Origin: an uncultured Actinomycetota bacterium | Lineage (GTDB): Bacteria; Actinomycetota; Actinomycetes; JACCUZ01 | NCBI GenBank assembly: GCA_963751035.1 | Contig: CAVVSW010000005.1 | Coordinates: forward strand, 1,072,425-1,136,424 | DNA: 64,000 nt | Reading direction: 5' to 3' | Shown here: in pieces, positions 31,171 through 44,310 of the stretch | Layout: the number at the start of each line of letters is the position of its first letter | Position numbering within the stretch: the stretch's first letter is position 1 | Translations under genes and position numbers: made by a program | The notes under the pieces: model-generated | The model's database searches: none | What the model saw: the letters and a program-made list of their open reading frames with translations, nothing else | What the model was told of the DNA's origin: nothing

Positions 31171-32892
31171 GTGCCTGCTCCGGCCGAGCCGTCTGCGCCG
31201 TCTGCGCTGGTCGAGCTGCGCGTCCTCGACGGGGCGAACCTCTACTTCCCCCGACCCGCGGTCAAGCTCACCCTCGACCTGACCCGGCTGCTGGCGATGG
31301 ACGAGGGCGCGGCTCGGACCGCTGCGGAGCAGGTCGGGATGCGCGGGGCTCGGCCGGGCGGCGCCGGCACCGGGCTGAGGCAGCGGTTCGCCGCGCGGTT
31401 GGTCGCCGGGCTGGTACGACGGGTGGCCGCCGAGTCGGGGACCACCCGCCTCGCCGTCCGTAGCCGCCCGACCGGTGACCTGCGCCGGATCGTGGTCGCC
31501 TACCCGTGGCGACGCCGCGGACGGGCCGAGGCGCTGGGACTGGCGGTGGCGGCGGTGCTCGACGCCGTGCCGGCGCCGGACCTGACGACCGTGCTGACCG
31601 ACGCGGTGGACTCGGTGCGGTCGGCCGAGCCGGGTGACGTCCCCACCACGCGGCGGCCGCGGGTCCCCCTGGTCGCCGTGACCGGCACCAACGGGAAGAC
31701 GACGACGTCGCGGATGGTGGCCCGGATGGGGCGGTGCGCCGGCCTGGTCGTCGGCTGGTCGTCCACGGACGGCGTCTACATCGACGGTGAGCTCGTCGAG
31801 CCCGGCGACTACTCCGGTCCGAGCGGCGCGGCAGCGGTCCTCGACGACCCACGGGTGCAGCTCGCGGTCACCGAGACGGCGCGGGGCGGCATCCTGCTGC
31901 GCGGCCTCGGTGTGACGCACACCGACGTCTCGGTGGTGACCAACGTCAGCGCCGACCACCTCGGCCTGCAGGGCGTGGACACGGTCGACCAGCTGGCCGA
32001 GGTCAAGGCCGTCATCACCCGGGTGATCCGACCCGACGGCTGGGTGGTGCTCAACGGCGACGACCCGAGGACGTTCGCGATGCGGCTGGCCGCGTCGGCA
32101 CGTGCGGTCGTGTTCTCGCGCGATCCGGACTCGCCCTCGATCCGCCAGGTGCTCAACGAGGGCGGCCGGGCCGTGACCGTGATCGACGGCGCGATCACGT
32201 TCCTGGGCCGGTCGCATCCCGATGCGCTGCTGCCGGTCGTCGACGTGCCGATGACGCTGGCCGGGCTGTCGCACTTCAACGTCGAGAACGCGCTCGCCGC
32301 GACCGCCGCGGGGCTGTCGGTCGGCTTGTCGCGCGAGGCGGTGATCGAGGGACTGCGGTCGTTCCGGCCCGGACCGGCGGACAACCCCGGGCGGATGAAC
32401 GTGTACGACGTGCGCGGCGTGACCGTCGTCCTCGACCTTGCGCACAACGAGGCCGGAGTGGCGGCCCTGGTCGAGGTGCTCCACGGGCTGCGCGCACCCG
32501 GCGGAACCGTCCGGCTGGTGCTGGGCAGCCCGGGTGACCGGACCGACGACATCATCCGCGGCATCGGTGAGCTCGGTGCCCGGGGCGCCGACCGGGTCGT
32601 CATCGGGCACAAGGAGTACTACCTGCGCGGCCGCCCGGCGGAGGAGCTGGCCGGGTTGCTGGTCGCGGGTGCGGCCGCGGTGGGTGTGCACGACGTACCG
32701 ATCCATCCGACCGAGCTCGCGGCCGTGCAGGCGCTGGTCGCCGAGTCGGCGCGTGGTGACGTGGTCGGCGTGATGTGCCACGCCGAACGGACGGCGATCG
32801 AGGAGTGGCTGGCGGCGGAGGGCGCCTCCATCGACGGCCCCGACGAGATCCGCGCCAAGGTCCTGGCCGCCCACCCCCGCTCCTCCACGTGA
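31171..32892 (+). CDS. cyanophycin-synthetase-like protein: CphA N-domain fused directly to a Mur-ligase (M) domain, with no ATP-grasp (G) domain
   Basis: The protein is 573 aa and intact. Residues 12-160 (ALVELRVLDGANLYFPRPAVKLTLDLTRL…RSRPTGDLRRIVVAYPW) align with the N-domain of the neighbouring 921-aa CphA (IIESRVYRGPNLWSYDPAVHLVVELGSL…RSTGIRGQYNVVYGF). Residues 165-573 form a complete Mur-ligase domain. Its motifs are the P-loop VAVTGTNGKTTTSRM, TETARGG, NVSADHLG, LNGDDP, LDLAHNEAG and LGSPGDRTDD, each matching CphA's FEVARGG / NIAPDHLG / LNADDE / VDYCHNAPG / VGAAGDRRDD. The GTG start lies 6 nt after the inhA stop. Confidence 0.75.
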   Translation: MPAPAEPSAPSALVELRVLDGANLYFPRPAVKLTLDLTRLLAMDEGAARTAAEQVGMRGARPGGAGTGLRQRFAARLVAGLVRRVAAESGTTRLAVRSRPTGDLRRIVVAYPWRRRGRAEALGLAVAAVLDAVPAPDLTTVLTDAVDSVRSAEPGDVPTTRRPRVPLVAVTGTNGKTTTSRMVARMGRCAGLVVGWSSTDGVYIDGELVEPGDYSGPSGAAAVLDDPRVQLAVTETARGGILLRGLGVTHTDVSVVTNVSADHLGLQGVDTVDQLAEVKAVITRVIRPDGWVVLNGDDPRTFAMRLAASARAVVFSRDPDSPSIRQVLNEGGRAVTVIDGAITFLGRSHPDALLPVVDVPMTLAGLSHFNVENALAATAAGLSVGLSREAVIEGLRSFRPGPADNPGRMNVYDVRGVTVVLDLAHNEAGVAALVEVLHGLRAPGGTVRLVLGSPGDRTDDIIRGIGELGARGADRVVIGHKEYYLRGRPAEELAGLLVAGAAAVGVHDVPIHPTELAAVQALVAESARGDVVGVMCHAERTAIEEWLAAEGASIDGPDEIRAKVLAAHPRSST

Positions 32893-32937
32893 TCATGCAG
32901 AAGCTGCGCTGATCGAGGGCAGCCAGCCCGGGCAGCG

Positions 32938-33369
32938 CTACATCGGCTCGAGGATGGCGACGGGAATCGTGCGGCCGGCCCGTCTGGCGTACTTCGCCAC
33001 CTCCGGTGCCTGAGCCAGCACCACGTCGTTCCACATCAGGTCACGCTGCTCGCCGACGAGCTCCCTCGGCCGAGCCCGTATCCGCGTGGACCGGATCTGC
33101 ACGTCCGCAACCTCCACCGCGCGCAGGTTGCGGAACCAGTCTGGGTCGCGCGGGGAACCCGAGCCGGTGCCCCAGACGAGATAGCCACCGTCCACATCGA
33201 GATAGCGGACGCACGTGGATCGGGGAATCCCGGTTCGTCGCCCGGGTGTCGTGATCATCAGGACGTGGACCTTCTTGCTGCCACTGGCCATCCGTCCGTC
33301 GAGAGTCCGGTACATCCACACTCCGATGCGGTTCCCGATCCTCGTCATCCGGCGCTTGTCGCTGCTCAT
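32938..33369 (-). CDS. deazaflavin(F420)-dependent nitroreductase family protein (DUF385 / Ddn-like)
   Basis: The protein is 143 aa and reads MSSDKRRMTRIGNRIGVWMYRTLDGRMASGSKKVHVLMITTPGRRTGIPRSTCVRYLDVDGGYLVWGTGSGSPRDPDWFRNLRA…. It has the characteristic split-barrel DUF385 motifs (TTGRKSG-like, DWYRNL). Confidence 0.65.
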   Translation of the reverse strand: MSSDKRRMTRIGNRIGVWMYRTLDGRMASGSKKVHVLMITTPGRRTGIPRSTCVRYLDVDGGYLVWGTGSGSPRDPDWFRNLRAVEVADVQIRSTRIRARPRELVGEQRDLMWNDVVLAQAPEVAKYARRAGRTIPVAILEPM

Positions 33370-33747
33370 CGGATGCCTCCTCTGACCTGACCGGGCCTAA
33401 GCCCACCACTCGAGGCAGGCATCGGCAAGGAGCCCGGACAGCACGGCGCCCCTCCGCCGGCCGGTGGCCGATGAAGGGGCGCTCGCTGATGGTGTGGGTC
33501 TGACTGGCTAGTCGTCCCAGGGACCGTAGTCGTCCATGTACAAGACGTTTCTCCTTCTCACAAGGCCGTCTACGACGCCGCACCGAATCCGATTCAAGCG
33601 TGAATCGCATCAACGTGGCGGAGACGGCCGTTTGGTGCTTCCTGTCCCACACGTACGTCGAGCGTCACACGCTCGGACGGGGAGGGCGCTGGAACCGGAG
33701 AGTCTCGCTCATCCGGGCAGCCGCTTGGTGGACTGCTGGGAACCAGC

Positions 33748-36513
33748 CTACCAGGCGTCCGCGACAACGCCCGATTCGGCTTGGTCATCACGAGGACGGG
33801 GGTGGGTGCCGGCCTGGGCCTGCGAGGACAGGATCTCCAGCTCCGCGAGTACCGGGCCGTGCTTGTCCACGCACAGGACGACCAGGTCGCCGGGGTTGGC
33901 GCGGGCCATCGAGTGGTGCACGGCGGGGATCTCGTCCAGCACCAGCTCGATCTGCTTGCAGCGGGCGCCCTCGGCCATCCGCGCCCGGCCGCCCTCGGCG
34001 ACGAGCTCGGCGGCGACGCCGCGCTTGCGCCCGCGCAGCACCGAGTCCTCCCGGATCACGAGGACGTCGAAGTGCTCGGCGGCGACGGCTCCCAGCTCGC
34101 GGATGTCGTCGTCGCGGCGGTCACCGGCGGCCCCGACCATGCCGATCCGCGAGGGCTTCGCCAGGTCGGTCAACGCGGCGTGGCTCTCGCTGAGCTGCTC
34201 GACGAAGTCACCCAGCATCCGCATCCCCGGAGCGTTGTGGCAGTAGTCGACGATCACGGTGGTCCCGCCGACCTCGATCTGGTTCAGGCGACCGGGGGAC
34301 AGGTAGTAGGACGTGGTGAACGTCCGCAGGCCCTGCCGGATGTCGTGCAGGTGTGCGCCCGCTGCGAAGGCGGCGGCCGCAGCAGCCAGGGAGTTCTGCA
34401 CGTTCATCTTCGCCCGGCCGCCGAACGTCGCCGGGAGCAGGTGGGTCCACGCGAGCTGCATCGACCGGCGGCCGTGCCGGATCACGATCATCTCGCCCAG
34501 CTCGCCGCGCTCGAGGACCACCGCACGCCCGCCGCGACGGCAGTGGTCGTCGATCATCTCGGCGATCTCACTCCCGGTGTCGCCCATCGAGAACCACACC
34601 ACCTGGCCGGAGCACCGGCGGCGCATGGCGCGGACCAGCTCGTCGTCGGCGTTGAGGACGGCGAAGCCATCCCGCGGCACGGCCTCGACGATCACCGCCT
34701 TGACCTGCGCCAGCTGTTCCAGCGTGTCGATGCCGCGCATCCCCAGGTGGTCGGGCGCGATGTTGAGGACCACCGCGACGTCATTGCGTTCGTAGCCCAG
34801 CCCCTCGCGCAGGATCCCGCCGCGCGCCACCTCGAACACCGCGAAGTCGACCCGGGGGTTCTGCAGCACCATCCGCGCCGACTTGGGTCCCGACGCATCG
34901 GCGCGGATCACGAGCCGCTCGTCGATGACGATGCCGTCGGTCGATGTCATCCCGACCTTGCGGCCCATGCCCTTGAAGACATGGGCGATCATCCGCGCCG
35001 TCGTCGTCTTCCCATTCGTCCCGGTCACCGCCACGATCGGGATGCGGCTGGGCGCACCGGGTGGGAAGAGCGAGTCGACGACCGGCTTCGCGACGTACTG
35101 CGCCTCTCCCTCGGTGGGGTGGGTGTGCATCCGGAACCCGGGCGCCGCGTTGACCTCGCAGATCGCGCCGCCGGCCTCGCGCACCGGCTCGGAGATGTCC
35201 GGTGCGATGAAGTCGATGCCGGCGACGTCGAGCCCCACCACGCGAGCCGCCTCCTCGGCGATCTCGACGTTGTCCGGATGTGCCTCGAGCGTCCGGTCGA
35301 TCGAGATTCCGCCGGTGGACATGTTGCCGGTGAGGGTCAGCTTGACCGTCGTACCGGCTGCTGGCACGTCGTCCAGGCCGAGTCCCTGCTCGCGGACGAG
35401 TTCTTCCGCCGCTTCGTCGAGCTTGATGCGCGTCAGGACCTTCTCGTGGCCGTAGCCGCGCCGCGGGTCGGCGTTGGTCTCCTCGACCAGCTGGCGCACC
35501 GTCAGCGACCCGTCGCCGATGACGTGCGCGGGAGTCCGCTCGGCCAGCGCCACCATCTTCCCGCCGATCACCAGCACGCGGTAGTCCTTGCCGGTTATGA
35601 ACGACTCGACCACGACCGAGCCGCGACGTGACTCCGACTCGGCGATCGGGAACGCCGTGGTCAGCTCCGCGTCGTCGGTGATGCCGAGCACGACGCCGCG
35701 GCCATGGTTGCCGTCCAGCGGCTTGCACACGACGGGGTAGCCGATGCGGTGCGCCGCGCGCAGGGCCTGGTCGAGCGTGCGGACCGCCTCGGCCCTCGGC
35801 ACCGGCAGGCCCGCGGCGGCGAGCAGCCGGGTGGTGAGCACCTTGTCGCCGGCGATGTCGACGGCCAGCGCGCTCGTCTTGGACGTCATGGTCGCCCGGA
35901 TGCGCTGCTGGTGGACACCCTGGCCGAGCTGGACGAGGGAGTATTCGTTGAGCCGCAGCCACGGGATGTCGCGCGACATCGCCTCGTCGACGATCGCCTG
36001 GGTCGAGGGGCCGAACGCCGTGCGCTCGGCCGCGATGTGGAAGGCCTCCAGCTCGGCGTCGAAGTCGAAGCCGGGCTCGGCCTGCACGAGGTGGTTGACC
36101 AGGCGTACGGCGAGGTGCCCGGCGCTCAGGCCGACGCGCTCCTCGACGAACCCGTAGACGACGTTGTACTGCCCGCGGATGCCGGTGCTGCGCGTCTTGC
36201 CGCGGCGCAGGTCGTGCCCGGCCTCCTGCTGGAGCTGCAGGGCCACGTGCTCGGCCACGTGGCCCAGCCAGGTGCCCTCCTTGAGCCGCTCGAGGAACCC
36301 GCCGCGCTTGCCGCGCGAGCAGGTGTGCCGGGCGAGATTGGGCAGCGCCTCCATCAGCCCGTCGACGAAGCCGGGGATGGTGTTGCTCGGGTGGTCCTCC
36401 AGCGAGCCGAGCTCGACGACGAGGTGCACAGCGGGGTCGTAGGACCACAGGTTGGGTCCGCGGTATACCCGGCTCTCGATGATGGTCAGGTCGGGGGCGG
36501 CCGGCGGCGTCAC
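33748..36513 (-). CDS. cphA: cyanophycin synthetase CphA (N, ATP-grasp G and Mur-ligase M domains; intact 921 aa)
   Basis: The N-domain reads LTIIESRVYRGPNLWSYDPAVHLVVELGSLEDHPSNTIPGFVDGL. The ATP-grasp domain reads KVLTTRLLAAAGLPVPRAE…GYPVVCKPLDGNHGRGVVLGI…VVVESFITGKDYRVLVIGGKMVALAER…TGNMSTGGISIDRT…ICEVNAAPGFRMHTHP. The M-domain reads IVAVTGTNGKTTTARM…FEVARGG…NIAPDHLG…LNADDE…VDYCHNAPG…GAAGDRRDDD. The GTG start overlaps the cphB stop (GTGA). Confidence 0.9.
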   Translation of the reverse strand: MTPPAAPDLTIIESRVYRGPNLWSYDPAVHLVVELGSLEDHPSNTIPGFVDGLMEALPNLARHTCSRGKRGGFLERLKEGTWLGHVAEHVALQLQQEAGHDLRRGKTRSTGIRGQYNVVYGFVEERVGLSAGHLAVRLVNHLVQAEPGFDFDAELEAFHIAAERTAFGPSTQAIVDEAMSRDIPWLRLNEYSLVQLGQGVHQQRIRATMTSKTSALAVDIAGDKVLTTRLLAAAGLPVPRAEAVRTLDQALRAAHRIGYPVVCKPLDGNHGRGVVLGITDDAELTTAFPIAESESRRGSVVVESFITGKDYRVLVIGGKMVALAERTPAHVIGDGSLTVRQLVEETNADPRRGYGHEKVLTRIKLDEAAEELVREQGLGLDDVPAAGTTVKLTLTGNMSTGGISIDRTLEAHPDNVEIAEEAARVVGLDVAGIDFIAPDISEPVREAGGAICEVNAAPGFRMHTHPTEGEAQYVAKPVVDSLFPPGAPSRIPIVAVTGTNGKTTTARMIAHVFKGMGRKVGMTSTDGIVIDERLVIRADASGPKSARMVLQNPRVDFAVFEVARGGILREGLGYERNDVAVVLNIAPDHLGMRGIDTLEQLAQVKAVIVEAVPRDGFAVLNADDELVRAMRRRCSGQVVWFSMGDTGSEIAEMIDDHCRRGGRAVVLERGELGEMIVIRHGRRSMQLAWTHLLPATFGGRAKMNVQNSLAAAAAAFAAGAHLHDIRQGLRTFTTSYYLSPGRLNQIEVGGTTVIVDYCHNAPGMRMLGDFVEQLSESHAALTDLAKPSRIGMVGAAGDRRDDDIRELGAVAAEHFDVLVIREDSVLRGRKRGVAAELVAEGGRARMAEGARCKQIELVLDEIPAVHHSMARANPGDLVVLCVDKHGPVLAELEILSSQAQAGTHPRPRDDQAESGVVADAW

Positions 36514-37382
36514 CGGTCGTCCTCCTCGGTCTGACGACGGAGCTGGTGAGCGAGGTGGGTCTCGGCGAAGGACAGCAGCCGGCGCTCGCTCAGGTCGAAG
36601 TGGGCACCCTGCGGCAGCGTGTGGACGACGGCGCCGGAGACCAGCATCGGTGCGCCGTGCTCGGCGAGGTGGGCGTCGCTGACCGCATGGGCCGCGTCGA
36701 CGATGAACACGCAGCCCCGGCCGATGACCTCGAGGAACCGGCCGCCCTTGATGACTGCGGCGGTGTCCTCGTCGATGCCGATCCCGACCAGGCTCGGCGA
36801 GCGGGCCGCGAGGGAGAGCAGCCGGCCGTACCGGCTGCGCTGGTCGAAGTGCTGGTCGACCACGACGCCGGGCAGCAGGCCTAGCCCGGCCGACGTCTGG
36901 GTCATGCCTTGGCGCGGGGTGTCGCCCTCGGACCCGAAGGCCACCATGTGCTCGCTGACGACGCTTGCGCCGGCCGACGTGCCGCCGACGACCGCGCCGC
37001 GCTCATAGGCTGCCCGGACCGCGTCGCCGAACCGCGTGCCCGTGATGACGGAGGACAGCTTGACCTGGTTGCCGCCGGTCATGAAGACCGCGTCCACGTC
37101 GGCGAGCTGGTCGGCGACCTGCGGGTCATCGGCCTCGGCCCGGTTCTCGGGGCGCAGCAGGACCGACTCGGCGGCACCGAGGTCGGCGAAGATCGCGTCG
37201 TAGGTGTCCAGGATCTCCGGCCCCAGCGACGAGGCGGTGGCCACGATGGCCACCCGCGAACCGTTGCCGCCGGCCAGCTCCAGGAACTTGCGGAGCACCG
37301 CCTTGCGCCCGATCCGGTCCTCGCCGCCCCCGATGACGAACAGGGTCCCGGCGGCAACCGGCGTGACGGAGCGATGTGGCAC
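36510..37382 (-). CDS. cphB: cyanophycinase CphB (peptidase S51)
   Basis: The protein reads …TLFVIGGGEDRIGRKAVLRKFLELAGG…VAIVATASSLGPEILDTYDAIFADLGA…AVFMTGGNQVKLSSV…GAVVGGTSAGASVVSEHMVAF (Ser nucleophile in GTSAGA)…VVDQHFDQRSRYGRLLSLAA…GIGIDEDTAAVI. The upstream part of the listed 423-aa ORF is Arg/Ala-rich junk. The likely start is GTG at 37382. It is immediately upstream of cphA, giving the cphBA operon order. Confidence 0.85.
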   Translation of the reverse strand: MPHRSVTPVAAGTLFVIGGGEDRIGRKAVLRKFLELAGGNGSRVAIVATASSLGPEILDTYDAIFADLGAAESVLLRPENRAEADDPQVADQLADVDAVFMTGGNQVKLSSVITGTRFGDAVRAAYERGAVVGGTSAGASVVSEHMVAFGSEGDTPRQGMTQTSAGLGLLPGVVVDQHFDQRSRYGRLLSLAARSPSLVGIGIDEDTAAVIKGGRFLEVIGRGCVFIVDAAHAVSDAHLAEHGAPMLVSGAVVHTLPQGAHFDLSERRLLSFAETHLAHQLRRQTEEDDR

Positions 37383-37450
37383 GGCCCTGAGCGTACGACG
37401 TCGGGCACGCTCCGCGTTGCTCGTAGCCACGGGTCGGGCATGATGCGGAC

Positions 37451-37937
37451 ATGCGGCTCTACCTGATGCGTCACGCCAAAGCAGCGTCGGAGGAGGGAGC
37501 GCCCGACCACGAGCGACCCCTGACCGAGCGGGGTGTTGCCGACGCTCGCACCATGGGCCGGTGGTTGCGCGACCACGGTGGCACGCCGGATGCCGTGTGG
37601 TGCTCCTCGGCGCTGCGGGCCCGCCAGACCTGGTCGGCGGTCGCGACGGAGCTGACATCGACCCCGGACGCGCCCGAACCGTCGTACCTGCGCTCGGTCT
37701 ACCAAGCCGGCCCCGGCGACCTGGTCGACCTGCTGCGCGATGTCGCACCCGAGCGTCGAGTCGGTGCTCATCCTCGGCCACAACCCGACTCTGGAGCAGG
37801 CGCTCGCCGGGCTGACGGGGGATCCGCGAGACCTCCCGACGGGCGCGATCGCCGCACTCGACGTGACCGGCTCGTGGTCAGCGCCCACCTCGTTCGAGCT
37901 GGCCGAGCTCGCCACCCCGAAGACGGAGCGGGCGTGA
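37451..37937 (+). pseudogene. sixA: phosphohistidine phosphatase SixA / histidine phosphatase family (frameshift near 37745)
   Basis: The N-terminal frame reads MRLYLMRHAKAASEEGAPDHERPLTERGVADARTMGRWL (RHG motif). The C-terminal frame reads …SVESVLILGHNPTLEQALAGLTGDPRDLPTGAIAALDV…. Confidence 0.6.
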
Positions 37938-38028
37938 GCGACCGGCAGGCCCCCGCGCGGCCCGAGGAGGAACTTCCTGGGCATCAGGTACGTCGGGCTG
38001 AGACAGGACCGGCGATCCCAGCAGGGAG

Positions 38029-41745
<3,717 letters not shown>

Positions 41746-41796
41746 GGCACGCCGAAGGCTACCGGCGGCGTCGACTCGCCGGTCAGCTTCGCCGGT

Positions 41797-43066
41797 CAGA
41801 CGGTGACCGCTGGCCCTTGCCGATGACCACGATCCCGCCGTCGGAGACGGTGAAGCCGCGCTCGCGGTCCTGGTCGAGGTCGACGCCGATCTGGCGCCCT
41901 CGGGGACCACGACGTTCTTGTCGAGGATCGCGTTGCGCACGACGGCGTGCCGGCCGACTGCACGTTGTCCATGAGCACGGAGCCGCGTGACGCTCGGCCC
42001 ACGAGTGGACCTGACGTTCGGGGACACGACCGAGTCGCTCGACGCAGCGAGCCGGAGACGACGACGCCGGGGGAGACCATCGAGTCGACCGCCCGGCCGC
42101 TCCGGCCGCTCCTCGTTGTGCACGAACTTCGCCGGCGGCATCGGGTCGTGCGACGTGTAGATGGGCCAGTCGTAGTTGTAGAGGTTGAAGATCGGGTGCA
42201 CCGAGATCAGGTCCATGTGGGCCTCGTAGAAGGAGTCGAGCGTCCCGACGTCGCGCCAGTAGCCGCGGTCGCGGTCCGTCGAGCCCGGGCACGTCGTTGT
42301 CGCTTGAAGTCGTAGACCTGGGCCGTCGCCCTTGTCGACGAGCATCGGGATGATGTCGCCGCCCATGTCGTGCTTGCTCGCCGGGTTCAGCGCGTCGCGG
42401 CGCAGGGCGTCGAGCAGCACGTCGGTCGTGAAGACGTAGTTGCCCATCGACGCGTAGACCTGCGTCGGGCGCGTCGGCGAGCCCTTCGGCGTCCTTCGGC
42501 TTCTCCCGGAACGCCGAGATCGTGCCGCCCGTCGCTCGGCCGGTCTCGATGACGCCGAACTGGTCGGCGAGCGTCAGATCGGCTGGCGGATCGCGGCGAC
42601 GGTCACGCCCGCGCCCGGACGTCGATGTGCTGGTGCGACCATCTGGCTGCGGGTCCATGCGGTAGATGTGGTCGGCGCCGAAGACGATGACGTAGCTCGG
42701 GCCGCTCGTCGTAGATGAGGTTGAGGCTCTGGTAGATCGCGTCGGCGGAGCCGGCGAACCACCGCGGGCCGAGCCGCTGCTGCGCCGGCACCGGGGTCAC
42801 GTAGTTGCCGAGCAGCGTCGACATGCGCCACGTCGCGGTGATGTGGCGGTCGAGGCTGTGGCTCTTGTACTGCGTCAGCACGACGATCTTGCAGGAAGCC
42901 CGCCGTTGACGAGGTTGGACAGCACGAAGTCGATGAGCCGGTAGATGCCGCCGAAGGGCACCGCCGGCTTGGCCCGGTCGGCGGTCAGCGGCATCAGCCG
43001 CTTGCCCTCGCCGCCGGCCAGCACGATCGCGAGCACCTTGCAGCCATGGCTGAACTTACCGCTCAC
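41797..43066 (-). pseudogene. glgC: glucose-1-phosphate adenylyltransferase GlgC (multiple frameshifts)
   Basis: The fragments read [54 protein letters not shown] / [58 protein letters not shown] / …[13 protein letters not shown]…[13 protein letters not shown] / …MGNYVFTTDVLLDALR…MGGDIIPMLV…RDRGYWRDVGTLDSFYEAHMDLISVHPIFNLYNYDWPIYT… / …AILDKNVVVPEGA…VSDGGIVVIGKGQR. Together they cover the whole of GlgC. It is divergent from glgA. Confidence 0.8.
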
Positions 43067-43112
43067 GGGGCGTCAGCCGAAACACCTGTCGCGACGCGCG
43101 AGTCATCGCGCC

Positions 43113-44310
43113 GTGCGCGTCGACCTGCTGACCCGTGAGTACCCGCCCGAGGTCTACGGCGGCGCCGGCGTGCACGTCGAGTACCTCGCCCGCGAGCTGC
43201 GCGCGCCTGGCCGACGTGCGGGTGCACTGCTTCGGCGCCCCGCGCGACGAGCCGGGCGTCACGGCGTACGACGAGCCCGCCGGGCTCGCCGGCGCCAACG
43301 CCGGCGCTGCGGACGCTGGGCGTCGACCTGGCGATGGCGGCCGGCTGCGCCGGCGCCGACGCTCGTGCACAGCCACACCTGGTACGCCAACATGGCCGGC
43401 CACGTCGCGAAGCTGCTGCACGGCATCCCGCACGTGATGACGACGCACAGCCTCGAGCCGCTACCGGCCGTGGAAGGCCGAGCAGCTCGGCGGCGGCTAC
43501 GCGCTGTCGTCGCTGGGCCGAGCGGACGGCGATCGAGGCGGCCGACGCGGTCATCTCGGTGTCGCGCCGGCATGCGCGACGACGTGCTTCGCTGCCTATC
43601 CCGGCGGTCGACCCCGACCGGGTCGACGTGGTCCACAACGGCATCGACACCGAGGAGTACTCGCCGGACCGCGGCACCGACGTGCTCGAGCGCCAGGGCA
43701 TCGACCCCGACCGGCCGAGCGTCGTCTTCGTCGGGCGCATCACCCGGCAGAAGGGGCTGCCGCTACCTGCTGCGCGCGGCCGCGCTCGCTCGACCCGGCG
43801 GTGCAGCTGGTGCTCTGCGCCGGCGCCCCGGACACCGACGGAGATCGGCGCGGAGGTCACCGGGCTCGTCGAGGAGCTGCGCGGCGACCGCGGCGGCGTC
43901 GTGTGGATCGCACGAGATGCTGCCCAAGCCGGACGTGATCCAGCTCCTGACCCACGCGACCGTGTTCGTCTGCCCGTCGATCTACGAGCCGATGGGCATC
44001 GTCAACCTCGAGGCGATGGCGTGCGAGGCGCCGGTGGTGGCCACCGCCACCGGCGGCATCCCGGAGGTCGTGGCCGACGGCGAGACCGGGCTGCTGGTGC
44101 CGATCGAGCAGGTCGCCGACGGCACCGGCACCCCGATCGACCCCGACCGGTTCGAGGCCGACCTCGCCGCGCGGCTCAACGAGCTGCTCGGCCGACCCGG
44201 CGCGCGCGCGAGCGATGGGCAAGGCGGGCCGGCGCCGCGCCGTCGAGCACTTCTCCTGGGCGGCGATCGCGGAGCGCACGCTGGAGGTCTACCGCTCGGC
44301 TGCTCTGAGC
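43113..44310 (+). pseudogene. glgA: glycogen synthase GlgA (GT4/GT5, actinobacterial type; multiple frameshifts)
   Basis: The fragments read VRVDLLTREYPPEVYGGAGVHVEYLARELR / LADVRVHCFGAPRDEPGVTAYDEP… / …HSHTWYANMAGHVAKLLHGIPHVMTTHSLEPL… / …AIEAADAVISVS…VDVVHNGIDTEEY…VVFVGRITRQKGLP…VFVCPSIYEPMGIVNLEAMACEAPVVATATGGIPEVVADGETGLLVP… / …MGKAGRRRAVEHFSWAAIAERTLEVYRSA. The 46-bp divergent intergenic region is shared with glgC. Confidence 0.75.

Noticed and set aside
36510-37781. Long 423-aa form of cphB with an about 130-aa N-terminal extension
   Set aside because: The extension is Arg/Ala/Pro-rich with no homology. Cyanophycinase homology begins at …TLFVIGGGED, and a GTG at 37382 gives a protein of typical CphB length (about 290 aa).
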